Below the pieces are notes generated by a model. That model saw only the letters and a program-made list of their open reading frames with translations. It did no database searches and was not told the origin of the DNA. 64,000 nucleotides of DNA. It comes from Lepidodermella squamata (Eukaryota > Animalia > Gastrotricha). The position numbers and the translations under genes were made by a program. Of this stretch, positions 11,301 through 24,086 are shown one piece after another; the first letter of the stretch is position 1, and each line of letters begins with the position of its first letter. The stretch covers positions 2,542,001 through 2,606,000 of the forward strand of contig JBLDXI010000015.1 of assembly GCA_047495785.1 (NCBI GenBank). Reading direction: 5' to 3'.

Positions 11301-14300
11301 AATTATTGATTGATGTAGAGTTTTTCGGAATTAGCTATTCCTACATGCGCATGGTAACATTTCGGCATTGGGAAATTAAGGAGTCTTGGATGGCACGGAA
11401 TGCAGAAACACTTTTCCTGCACAAATGACCGCTTGAATCGAGGTTCCGAAGGAACCGAAGTGAAAAGTGAGGCAAAGCTTACCTTCAACTTTTGAAGGAC
11501 AGCCATTCATGACATGTTGAATTGCATTGCTGTTCATCGTGGAGTTGAAGACGTAAAAGCAGCTGACCTGCATGTTTGGAGATAATCCTCCATTAGAGTC
11601 GGAACCCCCAATGCGAAAGCCAGCGGTCGTCGACATGTTGGCACAGCTGGCACTCGTTGTCGTACCAACCAGATTGCTGTTAACGAACAGCTGTAACGTG
11701 GCCGTCACGTTATCGTACGCCATAGCATAATGATTCCAAACATTCAGAACTACTGCGGTACTCCAAGTAATTTGATAAGTTCCGCCGCTGGGGCACTGAA
11801 ATTGTCCTGTGCTAAAATGAAACATAATTTGCTTCTTTCATAAGTTTTCGCATTAAATATACAAAATCCGCGCAGTTGATATGGTGAATGCAATATGTTG
11901 AAGGCCAGCAGTAGTCTTTGTCGCTAGAACGTAAACAGGGTTGCCAGGCGCGTTGTTAAGATTTATCCATTCCATGACCGTGAAGGCACCTGCTCTCAAC
12001 ATTTGGCTAGTCTGGGTAACCGGCTGGGTCGGCTGATAGATAGCCGCTGACGAGTACCTGTGCGATTTCATAGGTGGAGATACAGAATTAGCGAAGGAGA
12101 GGCTGCCATATAGAGTCACTTGATCGGCCGACGTAGCTGCAGGCTCGTCAGTGAACCACTGAGTGAAGCGGTAAACTTGGTCATGCGTCCAGGTTAAAAC
12201 CGGCCGAAGTCCATAAATCGGGCATCGTGAAATCTGCTGAATCTCCCGACTCGTCAAGGCTTGGCTATAAATCTGAACACACGCAACGCGATCGTTCAAT
12301 GTTAAGGTCGAGGGTGATGGCAAAGCTCCGATTCTAAATTGGCCCGAAGTTTCCAGCTCACAGCCTTGGGGCAGCTGCCTTAACATCGCAAGATTAGCTT
12401 CATGGTAGACAGCAAACTGGCCTGTAGCATAGTGGTAGGTGATAGCGATGTGGCGCAAGCGTTGAATAGTCGCGAGTCTAGAAGTCATGTTGGCACGAAA
12501 AACGCCAGTAAAAGCCATATTGCGGCAAGTCACAGTGAAGTTGAACAGGCCGTCTTTACAGTTGACCCCCAAAGAGTAAGCCGGGGGCGAGGCTGTCGGG
12601 TGGAGGTAGCCAAGAACTGCCTGAGTCGTAGTTTGAGTCTGGCACATAACGTAGAAACTGATAGTCAAAGCGAACGGTGACATTAGCTCGCCATTCGAGT
12701 TTGAATGGGACACGAATGAGCTGCTATCGCCGATGAAAATCATCGCAGAATTTGGGTACTTGTTATTTTCGGCTCCAGTCAAAAAACTTCCAATTTGAAC
12801 ACTACTGCCACGAGTTGCATTCAAAGAGGAGCCCATGTAGTCATTCAGTCCATATTTCGAATCCATTGGCCAAAACACTACTGGATTGGGCACTGAAATG
12901 AAATTCTGATTATAACCACAAGTAATTGAAATGAGGAATCAATTACATTGCCAGGGGCACAGCATAGCATCATCCATTTCGCTTCTTGTTAAAATTCGAT
13001 TGTAAATTTGAACACAGGCGAATCTCCGATCCATAAGTCTGTTACTGTTCGCCATATAAGGCCCGAAGGTTATCGATGTATCGGTGAAAATGATATTAGT
13101 GTAAGATGTAGCTATGTCTCCAGCTCCAATAACTACACCATTTGCCATGATGTAATAAGACGCTTCAATAACGCAAGACGAAAGGCATAACTATGGCTTT
13201 TATAATAAAATTCAACGAACATCTTGCGCGATCAAACGCTATTCCGATAAAGTACCATCGATCGACTTCCAGTGGAGCGTAAGCGAAGCCTTGACTCACC
13301 GATCTATAGCCGGACAGTATGTATTGCGAGGCATTAGTCGTTACTTGTTGTGCAAAGATATCGTAGAATCTTTCGAATGAATAAAGCCACAAAATATTCA
13401 AACCAAAGTTCATGTTATAATAGAGATAAATTACCCAGTAGCATCGTCCGAGTTGAACTGAAGGATAGGAACGGTGATAAGGGAAGGCCACGTTCCACTG
13501 CCAATATAAAGCCATAGAAAAACAGATAAGTCAGCCGTGGCCGAGTGAAAAGCGGCGGTTGGAGCTGCTTTTGGAATGAAAATCGAAGCTGTTTGTGCGG
13601 CAGGGTTCAAACGGAAAGCAGTTTTGGGCTTGCCAAACGGTCCAGTGACTAGTTCAACTGTGGGCGAAACTACGCCGTCTGAACCTTGGCCGCTTAGATC
13701 GTTCGCCATGGTCACGGCATCGAACAACCAAAGGCCATAAGGCTCGAGAGCTGAGTACATCCTAGGGGGAGTTATGATAACATCAGTTAGAGATTGCGTG
13801 GATCCAAGGTCGATTGTGACATAAGATTGGCTGCTTAGATCTGGATCGATTCTGACACAAGATCGAAGTCTGCCTTGGGTATCTCGATTCGGCTGATCAG
13901 TCAGTTTTCCATTGTTGGGTCTCATTCTCTGAAATAACGAGCCTGTTGAAGAAGTGACTGGCTTGAGAAGCGCAAGATCCGAACGACTTAAGAGCATGGA
14001 CGGAATTTCTAAGCGGTTTTCGATCAAATTTCAAGAACATGAGCTGTGTTCACATTACTGTTACCTCGGCAACCAAGAAGCTCCCATCGGATGCCCGCGA
14101 CAGTTGTTGACTGCAATACGTTCAATCGAACCACCCTAGCGATTATTGGAGCGTCAAAAAACGAAGTTGTGTAACTATCGCCTGAATTAGCGCTCGAAAA
14201 CACCTGGGAAGAAATCGTGAGAATAAAATCAAAATCTGAGGCCACATACCTGGAATACGCCTTCGCTTGCTCCCGTTCGTGCGACGTTTTGCCAGCGTGA

Positions 14301-15783
14301 GAAGCAATCTGGCTCCGAACAGAACTCCAAGCTAAATTGAGTAGCTCCTTTCAGCCCCTGAGCATTAGGCCTTGACAGCATAGTCGAAACCCCCGTTACC
14401 TATGAAACAATAGATTGACATGTGACCAAAATTATGAATTTCCCAACTATAAAGTTTTTCAGCAGATCAACTTGAATCCACTCGAAGGGGTTCGCAGTCA
14501 CTGCTTGCCATCCATGCCACGGGTTGTTTAAATTGGCAAACTTTGCCGTTCGATTTGCTGAATCAGATGAGGACTGAGAGAACTGGCTGTCACTCAGTTC
14601 CATAGCTTCAATGCCGAGGGGTTCTGGACAAAAGAGATTCAACGTCACCAATACATTATTGCCATGAAGGTTACCGCGACAAAGAGCTGGGCAGCCGTAG
14701 TACTCTATTTGTATTCCCCAGTCCGTGTTGTTCCAGGTTCTTGGGTAAAAGCGAACGTGGTGAGCGATGACTGGCTTCCACAGAGTTAGTCGAACAGTTG
14801 CAGGGTTGTTATTCGTTACTGTATGAGAGAAGATAACAACATCACCTGCTGGGGACAGGTAGTCCTGCCAGGCCACTCCGTTCAAGCTGTAGGCTATTGA
14901 TGAAGTGAATGTCATTCCGAGAGGTTTCAAGTCGAAGTAATGCAGCCAAGTGAATGTGTCAAACGAAACCTTGAATTAAAGAATAACCTCAGTCTAGATA
15001 CACTCGTAATCGAATAAGACTAGCCTGGTAAAAAGATGCTGGATAACTTGTGGTAGTGCCAGCGTAATAAAACCAGCCAGCGGGTGTGCTCGACCAAGTA
15101 TCTGTACCGAGGCATAGCCTACCAAATATGGGCCTGATTCGCAAAGTTGATTGAGGACTAGCTCCGCCTACGATTTGATCGTTTCGAATCGCAAGACCGT
15201 TGTCGTCCCACAGCTCGCCTGAACATGACCAAGTTCGTAGTCCCATAGCCTGAGCGTTCGTACAAGCTGAAACATTTTCGATGAGAATATTATTCAAAGG
15301 TTCGAATATCAAGTTACGTTTAGCGATAATGCTCAGTAAGTTCTTTACAGCCTTTCGACTCCGACCTAGAACTTGCTCCCGGGTATCGGGTTTGTTCGAG
15401 TTGGACACCAAGTCAAACGTTATGTCATCAGCTGCAGTTGAGTCTGTTGTTAGCTGGTTGGCTGAGACGGAAACTGAGTACAAAAAGCAGGTATTATCCG
15501 ATTTGCGATAATAGGCCGCATTGCAGTTCGGAGTTGCCACACAAGATCCAGCGCAGTGGTTTTCACTTTGCGAAACTGACCTTAACACAGAATTAGCAGA
15601 ACTTAGATGGAACCTTTGCAAAATAGTTGTCAGGGATTACGATGTTATCAAATAGTTGCTAATATTATCGCTTTGGATTGCAACGATCGGTTTCATTCCT
15701 GTCAATCTTGTGAAATGCTTTCCGCAAAGCGCTGATTGGCTCATCTGTAAGAGCACGAGTAGGGCTTCCCACAAAATTAACAT
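8399..15783 (-). CDS. Large secreted mosaic lectin-like protein: SP, PAN/apple, 4x F5/8 type C (discoidin), 3x LamG/ConA-like, 2 split F-type lectin domains
   Basis: ATG 15783 with signal peptide. The ORF fragments join in phase through short introns (e.g. 15640-15581, 15024-14970, 9442-9392, 8768-8719). Motifs include CAGSC/CNAAYY/CFLY (PAN), EWIQVDL and RFMRIYP (FA58C), ACVQIY (LamG) and GRYV...IAEIVVY (FTL). Confidence 0.88.
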
Positions 15784-16111
15784 TTTCTTTGCAAAACGAT
15801 TGCGATCAATGAGGGGTTGTTTTTTCTTCTGATGTTCAAAATTTTCGAGGTGAGCTCTGACCTTGTGATGTCAGGTGTCTCGTCTCACTGGTAACGACGG
15901 CAAGGTGCGAGACGGCTACCATCGCTGTGAGCGAGTTTTCCTGTGTTTCGGCTTACCGAGTGACATGCAAATATCGACCTATTTTCTGGCAACCATTTGA
16001 TGACCTGATGCACCATTATTTTATTACTTCATCACATCATTAATAGTAACCTGCTGATAAGATTCGCTTCTTCCTTTACGTGCTTCCAGCTGTCTTCTCC
16101 GGCCGGCTACC

Positions 16112-16122
16112 ACTGACGTCAT
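16112..16122. promoter_or_regulatory. CRE-type palindrome TGACGTCA upstream of the mosaic lectin gene
   Basis: Perfect TGACGTCA ~330 nt 5' of ATG 15783, in a locally GC-rich patch. Confidence 0.25.
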
Positions 16123-16590
16123 TTGGTGGCGCCTGGCGCCAACTTCCAAAATGCCGCCACCGGTGTCTACAAGGTACGAGGTGATTCATAACAATCGCGA
16201 AATTCGCGAAAACCGGTGCTTTATTTTGCTGTCCGGTTCAAGGCTTAGGTGGTACCACCTGCAACTTTGGTTCTATTCTTACGGTCTTCCCCAAAATTCG
16301 TTTTTTTTTCTCTCATAGACATACGAGGAATACATACGCACACAGCGAATCGCATACGCCCAAACATTCACGTTCTGATTTCTTTTTCTTCTCGAATTTG
16401 ATTTTTTTGCTCCAATAAGACCACGAAAGGAGAGATGGCGGCACGTTGAATCGAACCCTTGACGTACTCTCAGCTATCGATAATTATATATCGACCTGGC
16501 CGTTCATGCTTAATGTGTGACCTATAAATTAGCTTCACGGCAAAAAATGCCCTTATGCTTTCCAGTATGTATTATTAATGACTCATCCCA

Positions 16591-16733
16591 GCATTTGACC
16601 CAGAAAATACGCAAGTAATAGCTAAATTGATGGCAAAAAGGTGCAGTTGCTACCGGCTTAATCAACAAGCCGACGGGGTTCGAGCTCCGTCAACGTGGTT
16701 TTTCATTCGTCTCTGCATTGACCAGAAAGTACG
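16591..16733 (+). repeat. Degenerate tRNA-like/SINE-like element flanked by imperfect direct repeats
   Basis: A-box-like TAGCTAAATTG, hairpin CGGCTT/AAGCCG, T-arm GACGGGGTTCGAGCTCCGTC and a T5 run. Flanks are GCATTTGACCCAGAAAATACG and GCATTGACCAGAAAGTACG. Confidence 0.4.
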
Positions 16734-17147
16734 AGGAAAAAGAAATCAGTTTGTGAACGGGTGAACGGGTGAACGGGTGGGTATATGTATGCAGCTTATG
16801 TAAGCAAATACAATCCGCAAATAGCTTGAACGCTTATTAGAAGAAACTGACCTAGTCCTAACGAAAATTACTGCCGTCATCGATTTTCCATAATGTTTTA
16901 TTTTGCTGTCGCGGAAAAACGGCTCAATTCAACGTCGAACCAGCGGATCCAAGGTCCATGTTACTGATTGGTTTGAAAGGTTTGAAGCCTGATTGGTTGG
17001 ATAAATAAGCGCGCGACACGTCGCATATTCGTGTCCATATTTCTAACAGGCTCAACAGAAAATATCTGTGAAAGAAAACAGATTGTTTTTTTTCGGTTTA
17101 GCGATAAATTTTTATTGCTACCACAGCTAAGTGAAACATCATATTCA

Positions 17148-20100
17148 TCAAATCTGACCATGCTTAGAATCTTTGCCCGGTGGTAAGATCAAAAATAAGT
17201 AAATCGGTATGAACGTCGCCATCGAAAATGAAACAACGAAAAGGTATCGATCAGCTACCGTGAACAGCGCGTTCCAAACTTCGAGAGCAAGTTCGCGCAG
17301 TTGCCGCTCAGCTAATTCGTCACAAAGTTCGCGCAGTAGGGCAACGTCCTCGCGTAAATGGCCGATTGTATTTAGCAGCTTCGAACACGGATGGCACGGG
17401 CCGGTTTTATTACTGGTTTCGTTTGTCGATGTAAGCGTAGTCAGTGGCGTGTTGGCCGTTTCGCCGTTTGGCAATTGACCTGCGTTGGCGTGCTGGCTTG
17501 CATGGCGCCGGAGATAGGCCACTGACTCGTCCTCGTGCGAGTAATTGCTTTCATAGCCACTGTGAACAAAAGCAATAGATTCAGGTAAGGAAATGCGCAT
17601 CGGAAGTTCAAAGCGCAGCGAGGATTAGTAACATGGGACAAATTGTACACTTATGTTTTATGGGACACACTACCACGGCCAAAACCGAGAAATTGTGGGG
17701 ATGAAGAGTGTACAAATATAGGTACAACTGTGGATAAACTGTTCTTCCACTGTTGCACTGTTGCAAACTGTTGATAAACTGTTGCCGTGGTCTGAAAAGC
17801 GAAATGAACAGCGATTTTCGGGGAATTTTTGTTCTATTCCACGAAACACGATGTTCAGGAATCTTATATGAACTATTTTCCTTCCCGATTTCCTCCGATT
17901 CTAGAATGGTGAACCCTTTACCAATTATATCAGCTGTAAAGCTTAGAAGACCATATATTGAATCCATCAATGAGATATATATGAATAGGATTAGGATTAG
18001 CGGAACACAATTCGAAACTTCGTAATTTCGGTCATTTTTGAATATTTTTCATGAATAATTCTGATGCTTTGACCTTTAATCTTGCAAAACCAGGAATCAT
18101 ATTCAAGCACCTTTTCCGTTTGCTTTTTCATTTTTTCTCAAAACAAATTTCACCAATTGATCACTCCAGCTTTCCTCCAGTGAAAACAGCATGACAAATG
18201 AATACGCTGAAGAAGCAGAAAAATTAGCAAAAGCCGCCATGAAATTTGTTTTGAAAAAATGTGAAAAAGTAAAAAAAGGCTCTCGTTTCGGACAAAATAA
18301 TTTCTCAGAGTCTAGAAAATCGAAAAAATGTGTAAAAAATTATAAAATGAGTTCCGCTGTAAAACCGCAAATTAAATCTCCTTGAAACCTGGATTCAACA
18401 TTAGGGTAATAAAAAATGACAATAAAACATGCTTAAGGTGGGGGTTAGGTAAAAGAAATTCCCTGAAAAAGCAGAAAAAGCGAACAAGCATGCACACCTA
18501 TTGTAATACATTTTAGTTTTAGCGCCGTTTATCGTTGCGAAAGCCGGCCGAGGCGGTAGTATCAACCGGTTGACAGGCGGCCGGTAGCTGCTGGAAATGC
18601 TCGGATCCGACTCGTCGCAACAATTGTCAGAAAACGCGTAATCACTCTCCGGAATCGGAAAAGTTATACGCCGACCGACGACCAGCAACTTGCTGTTATT
18701 ATGGCTATTGTTATTCCTCGCATCACTGTGATAGGCCAATTCCCGCTCTTTCCGGCAGACCCGGTTCATAGATAGCCGCCGCTTTTGGGTCGCGCAGAAT
18801 CTCATCGTAGATTTCGACATTTTATCGACGATACTCGATGACGATTTTCGGGAATTTTTGTCGCGATTCGATTTATTTTTCACTGAAGAGTCAACTGCAT
18901 CTCGAATGTCGAGTAAGGAATCCGGCTCCAGATCTGCCTCGGTCGAGCAGTTTAGCGATAACGAAGCCGTGCCAGGCCGTTTCCGCCGGACTATCAACAT
19001 GCGCTCCAGCTCAAGGTATTTAGCATCGAATTTATCGACGGGGAAAAAGGTCGCTCGACCCATCACGCCGATAATCAGCGTCCAGGCTAATTTATGCGGA
19101 ATTTCGTAGTGAATTTTTTGCAGTAAATTCGTAATGACAAACGACTCGATGATGAAAGACCCAATAAGGCCCATAACCACATCGACATAGATTGAAACCA
19201 TAGGTAGATGCAAGCTAGTTTTCGGCATTTGTTCGCTGATTGAAACGCTCAACACGGAGAATGAGATTAAGCTCGTCGTAGCAAACGCGATTCGGTTATT
19301 AGCATCCTCAACGGGTAGGAAGTGGGAGAAGACCTGGAGGAGAGATAGGACCAGCGCTGGTACGATGATGTAATTGACGTAGTACAATGGTTTTCGATGC
19401 AGCATGACCATGAAATCGATTCTCGAAAAGTTGAACGCGCCTTCTTCATAGCCAACAACGTAATTTTTCGCATAGGTACCGCTCATATGCCACTGTTGAT
19501 CGGCGACGTAATGAGCCGGGCTGATTGTGAATGATTTTCCGGTGATGTTTAGGAAATTGATCGGGTACGACCAGCTTTCGATGCGGTAGTAGCACGTTTG
19601 GTTGTCGAATGGGAAGTACGTGATGTCGAATTCGCAACGAGCGGCTAGCTTGCCGGCTGGTACCCATATGACGTTGCCCATGAAGTCGATAACGGCTGGG
19701 AAGCGGTAGTCACGCGTCAGTGAGTACATGTCCACAGAGTTTATTAGGCCGATATCCGGCATCCAGACGTTGGCGCTAGGTACGACGATCCATTCTATGC
19801 CGCCGAAAGCTGACGGATCCCAAGATAACCTATCGTCGGTCCATGCCTGATAGATAAAATAGGTTTCAAAATTAGGATCAGATATCAGAAAAAAATGTCA
19901 ACTTGCAAGAACAGCGTTCCACAGGCTGCGGAGCTATTTTCTAATTTTGCAACTTTACCAGTGGATGCATAAGTATTTTTTCTTAAATTGAACCTACCGG
20001 GAGCATCTCCCATCCTTTATCCCTGGTTTCACTGGAGAAATTTAAAATTTACCGAAGGAAACCCTGAAAAGCCAGATGGTAACTGTTTCGGTGATTTTCA

Positions 20101-21408
20101 GTATTTCACCTGTTTGGACCAAATATCCTTATTCATTAAGTTTTTCAGGCCTGGAAGCATCGGACAACGTGATAAGACTCTCATTTTTTACTTCTTTCTA
20201 ACCCCCTTTCCGAGCATTTTTCGCTGTTTTTCCCTTTGTTTTAAGACACTGTGAAAATGTACAAATTTATGAATATTTGAGGCTTTTTTGATTTTTTTCA
20301 ATTTTATCAATTTTTTGATATTAATGGCATGAACCAGGAATATATGAATACTTCCTTACTTCGAATGAAATGTCAATAAATATTCAAGTTCACAGGCTAT
20401 CGATTTAATTTAATAATTGGTGATTTTTGAAGTGTCTTTTGCAAAATTGGACACACAATTTAAAAAATGTGTGGCAATATAAAATAAAATTATTTGAAAA
20501 AATTATTGGGCATTGGGATAATACAAATAAGACATAAACGACCCGATTATTTACCACAATTATCCAATCGATATTTCTCGTTAATTATTAAATGGAACAC
20601 ACCCAAGTTAAAATTCGCTATTTCTGATATACTATTAGTCATTATGAAGACTAATCGATACTCGAATGTCATGGGATGCTCTTGGTGGCTTGCTTTTTCT
20701 AGGTTATAATTAAATTCACCTTAACCCACGATTCAAGGGTCGCACTTCATAATATTTTAGGATGTACTTAACGAAAAGCAAGCAAGATTTTCCATAGGAT
20801 AAAGCTTGGCAGCAGAGTTTTCTTATCATTTGTACTGCTTTTGAGTTTTTGACAAAAAATTACCATTTTAACATAGCCGGTGATGATGATTTCTTGATCG
20901 CGTTCGATAAGTTGATTGATTTTCATCACAACCATTTCGAGGCTGACTGCAACTGGCTCGCCGGCTTCACGCGCCGGCCGCGCATCTTTGACATAACTTC
21001 GATGAAACAGCTTCTGAATTAGGTCACTTTCCCATTCATCTGAAAAAAATAATTCGATATAAATAAAAAATTTAATCTCAGATTACGAATTTAAATTTCT
21101 AACATTTCTAAAAAATTCTTGAAATTCTGAAATTTTAACAAAATTCTCAAATCGAAATTGTTGAACTTACACAAAGTCCTATTCCTTTCAGCGCTTAGAG
21201 CAACGTTATCGCTTTGCAAATTATTCGACTCGGGCGCATTGGCATTGAAAGTAACGTCGAGATCATCGTCGCCATAAGTCTTCGGAGGCGGCGTCGTTGT
21301 TCGTTTAATTACCGGCGTAGTCCTAAGCCCCCGCTCCACCCTAGATAACGTCGTAGACCAACCAGGCGTTATCACGAAAATCAGGCAAATCGCGAAATAT
21401 TTCAACAT
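17148..21408 (-). CDS. Cys-loop ligand-gated ion channel subunit (nAChR-like, non-alpha)
   Basis: Four exons (signal exon from 21408; ~21040-20863; ~19846-18510; ~17560-17148). Cys-loop CEFDITYFPFDNQTC, ESWSY, M1-M3, long intracellular loop and M4 (VADRYLFVV). Confidence 0.93.
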
Positions 21409-24086
21409 AGCCAGGGCGTTGTCGTGAAATAAAGAAGCAATAGCCCCGATGATTAGTGGCTGTTATAAGCGACCGGAGGAAACGACCGGACGCAATTTTC
21501 GCCAGTAATTGTTGATTTTATATATCCGCTTAAGCGATCGCCAGTCTATCGTAGTATAAGTAAACAATTTTGAAAGAGAAAATTACTGCTTTTCATAGGC
21601 CGGAAATTTTAGCCTAATTCGGGAAGAGAATCAAATTTTGTTCTGGACAAAATATACATGATGGTACATTGGGCTATAATGAGGATATGAAAGATCAGCG
21701 GTGAATCTCGTATAAAATTTCGCACTCGAAACATGATTGTTTTTTTATTCATTATTTGCCCCACATTGTGAAGCGGCGATTTGTTTCGCTAATAGACATT
21801 AGGCGATAAATAGCAGCGCATAGTGCTCGTGTTTAAAAGGCATGTTTGTGGGCGGATTATATATTATACTACCTGTGTTTGGACCGATTCATGAGAAAAT
21901 CATCGATTTTTCTCCAAAAAATGAATTGCCACATCATAATGTCCGTGGTAGTAAAGATAGTAATTTCAATAAATTAGCTCGATGGCTGGTTAATTAAAAA
22001 TAAAATTGAAAGTTCTAAAGCGAAATGACATATGTACGCGATTTTTTCTGCTCATTTATTTAGAATTTCAGGGTTAGGATTAGGGTTGGGCTGGGGTCTG
22101 ATCGATGTCAGCTATTTAATTTACTCATGCACGAGCAACAAAAATCACATATATCATAATATATACCTACGACCAGCGTCACTCATTCTATAAAAATTAT
22201 AGAAATTAAATAAATCGATACACGCTACATGAAAAGGAATTACGAAAATTTATTAAGGAGGATTTTATAAATTAGGAATAATTTTCTAGATCTTACACTT
22301 GGGCTGGGCTCGAGCCATTTATAAATTAAATTATTCTCTGAATTACAGCGATAGAATAATGCTAACCAGTGATTTATTCATAACTGTGATAAATAAATAA
22401 AAATTGTCAAAAATTTCGCATCAGTGTTTGAAAACCTTTCATAAGTTCCACTTCCACCAAAATATATATAATGCGGGCACAAAAAAGCCGCACTTGACTT
22501 CCAGTGTATAGCGTAGTGATAATTTACTTAGCCGATCAGAAATCGCCTCTCGTGATGCTTTTTAGCCGGCTTCCTTATTTACTTTTAACTCGCTGGGCAA
22601 ACATAAAAACCACGGGTGAAGTTCGATCGCGTGAGACAGTTTCAAACAAAATATTTGTACTCGGGATGCATTTGAAAAAACGGTGATGCGTTAAAGCCAA
22701 GGGTAAATAACAAAAATAATGCCGTTCTGGTTTCAATTATGGGTTATAAACAGCTCCCTATATAATTGCTTTTGCATGAGAAGGCGAATTAAAAGATCGC
22801 TGAAAAGAATCAATTCAGCTTTAGCCGAGAATCTAGGGAACTAGGTCAAAAATTCTGTAAAAAGAAAATAATATTCCTAATTCCAAATTTAAGACTTTGA
22901 CGAATTTCTTGATAACAAATATTGCAAATATACCTGAACTCAGTCTCGATAAAGTCTCGATAAATGAAAAAACGTGATGTTTTGATATAGCGCCTATATG
23001 CGCGAGAAAAACGCGATTGTATTTGCGGCAAAAGTTGATTTTCTGCTCATTTTATGCGTGATTTGTAGGTATGACCAGTAAACATTAGTGTCTGGTCGGC
23101 ATCTCACGGCAGGTAAACAAAGCATTTGTTTTAACATATTCCAGTGCGAAAAAGTGGCTTCGATACCGAGGATCTATAAATTTTAGAGTTTGTTGCGGAA
23201 TTCGTTAAATGCTACTATTTTCCGCAGCCAAAATGGCAGTTTAGCAAACTGACAAAATTGCAAATTGAGCAGGACGAATCAAGCACAGCGATAGGATTAA
23301 CATGGGGCAACCTTGAAATTGGGTAAAGTGGAAGGCATGCGAATTCCCTAAACTCCGTAACTTTGTTGAAATTTTTAGCGGGCAAAACCAACGGAAAAGG
23401 CTGGTACTTCGGGATAATGGAATCAGCGCATTGGTAATTGCGCACAATTTTAATGGCTTACACAAAGTGGTCACGTGCAACAACTTCTGGGCTAATTCTG
23501 GTATTGCAACATCACAATCGCTACATCTTCGATGAATACATGAGAAAAAAGTGAGGCGGAAAACGCTACTTTTGGACATGTGTGAACGCTCCCATACTGC
23601 ATTGAAGAAATCGTGAAAAAGTAATGTGGCGCGTAGTTTTAATTTGCTGTTATGTCATTTCGATCTAAATTCAGTGCTATTTTTACATTGCGCAATTTAC
23701 GGAGAATCTTCATTTGGCCTTTCATGAAATTGCTCTTTTTTCGTTGCTCTCTTGTCGCTTTGCTCTAACATCGTTGCTCTGAAGTCTTAAGTCTTTGCAC
23801 TCATCTCTTTGCTGATGTTTCGCTGACGAGAAAACTAAATTCAGCATTCAGCCGTTGAATTATTTGTCAGCGTGATTTACTAGTTCCTAGTACCCAGAAG
23901 AGCCTCAAATTTTAGGTGAAAATCATTGAAAAATGCATATGTTTTTATTATCTGCAATCAACATTGCGGAAGCATTGACATGAATTATTTTGAAGAAAAC
24001 ATAAATGAAAATCGGAGCCATGTAAGAGGTAATTTTTGCCAAAGAAAATCGGAAAATACTTGAAAAAGCGTTATATCGAACCAAGC

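Noticed and set aside
15581-15640. Apparent premature TAA in the lectin gene (pseudogene)
   Set aside because: It is removed by a 60-nt GT-AG intron with a CTAAT branch point, which restores a well-formed PAN domain.
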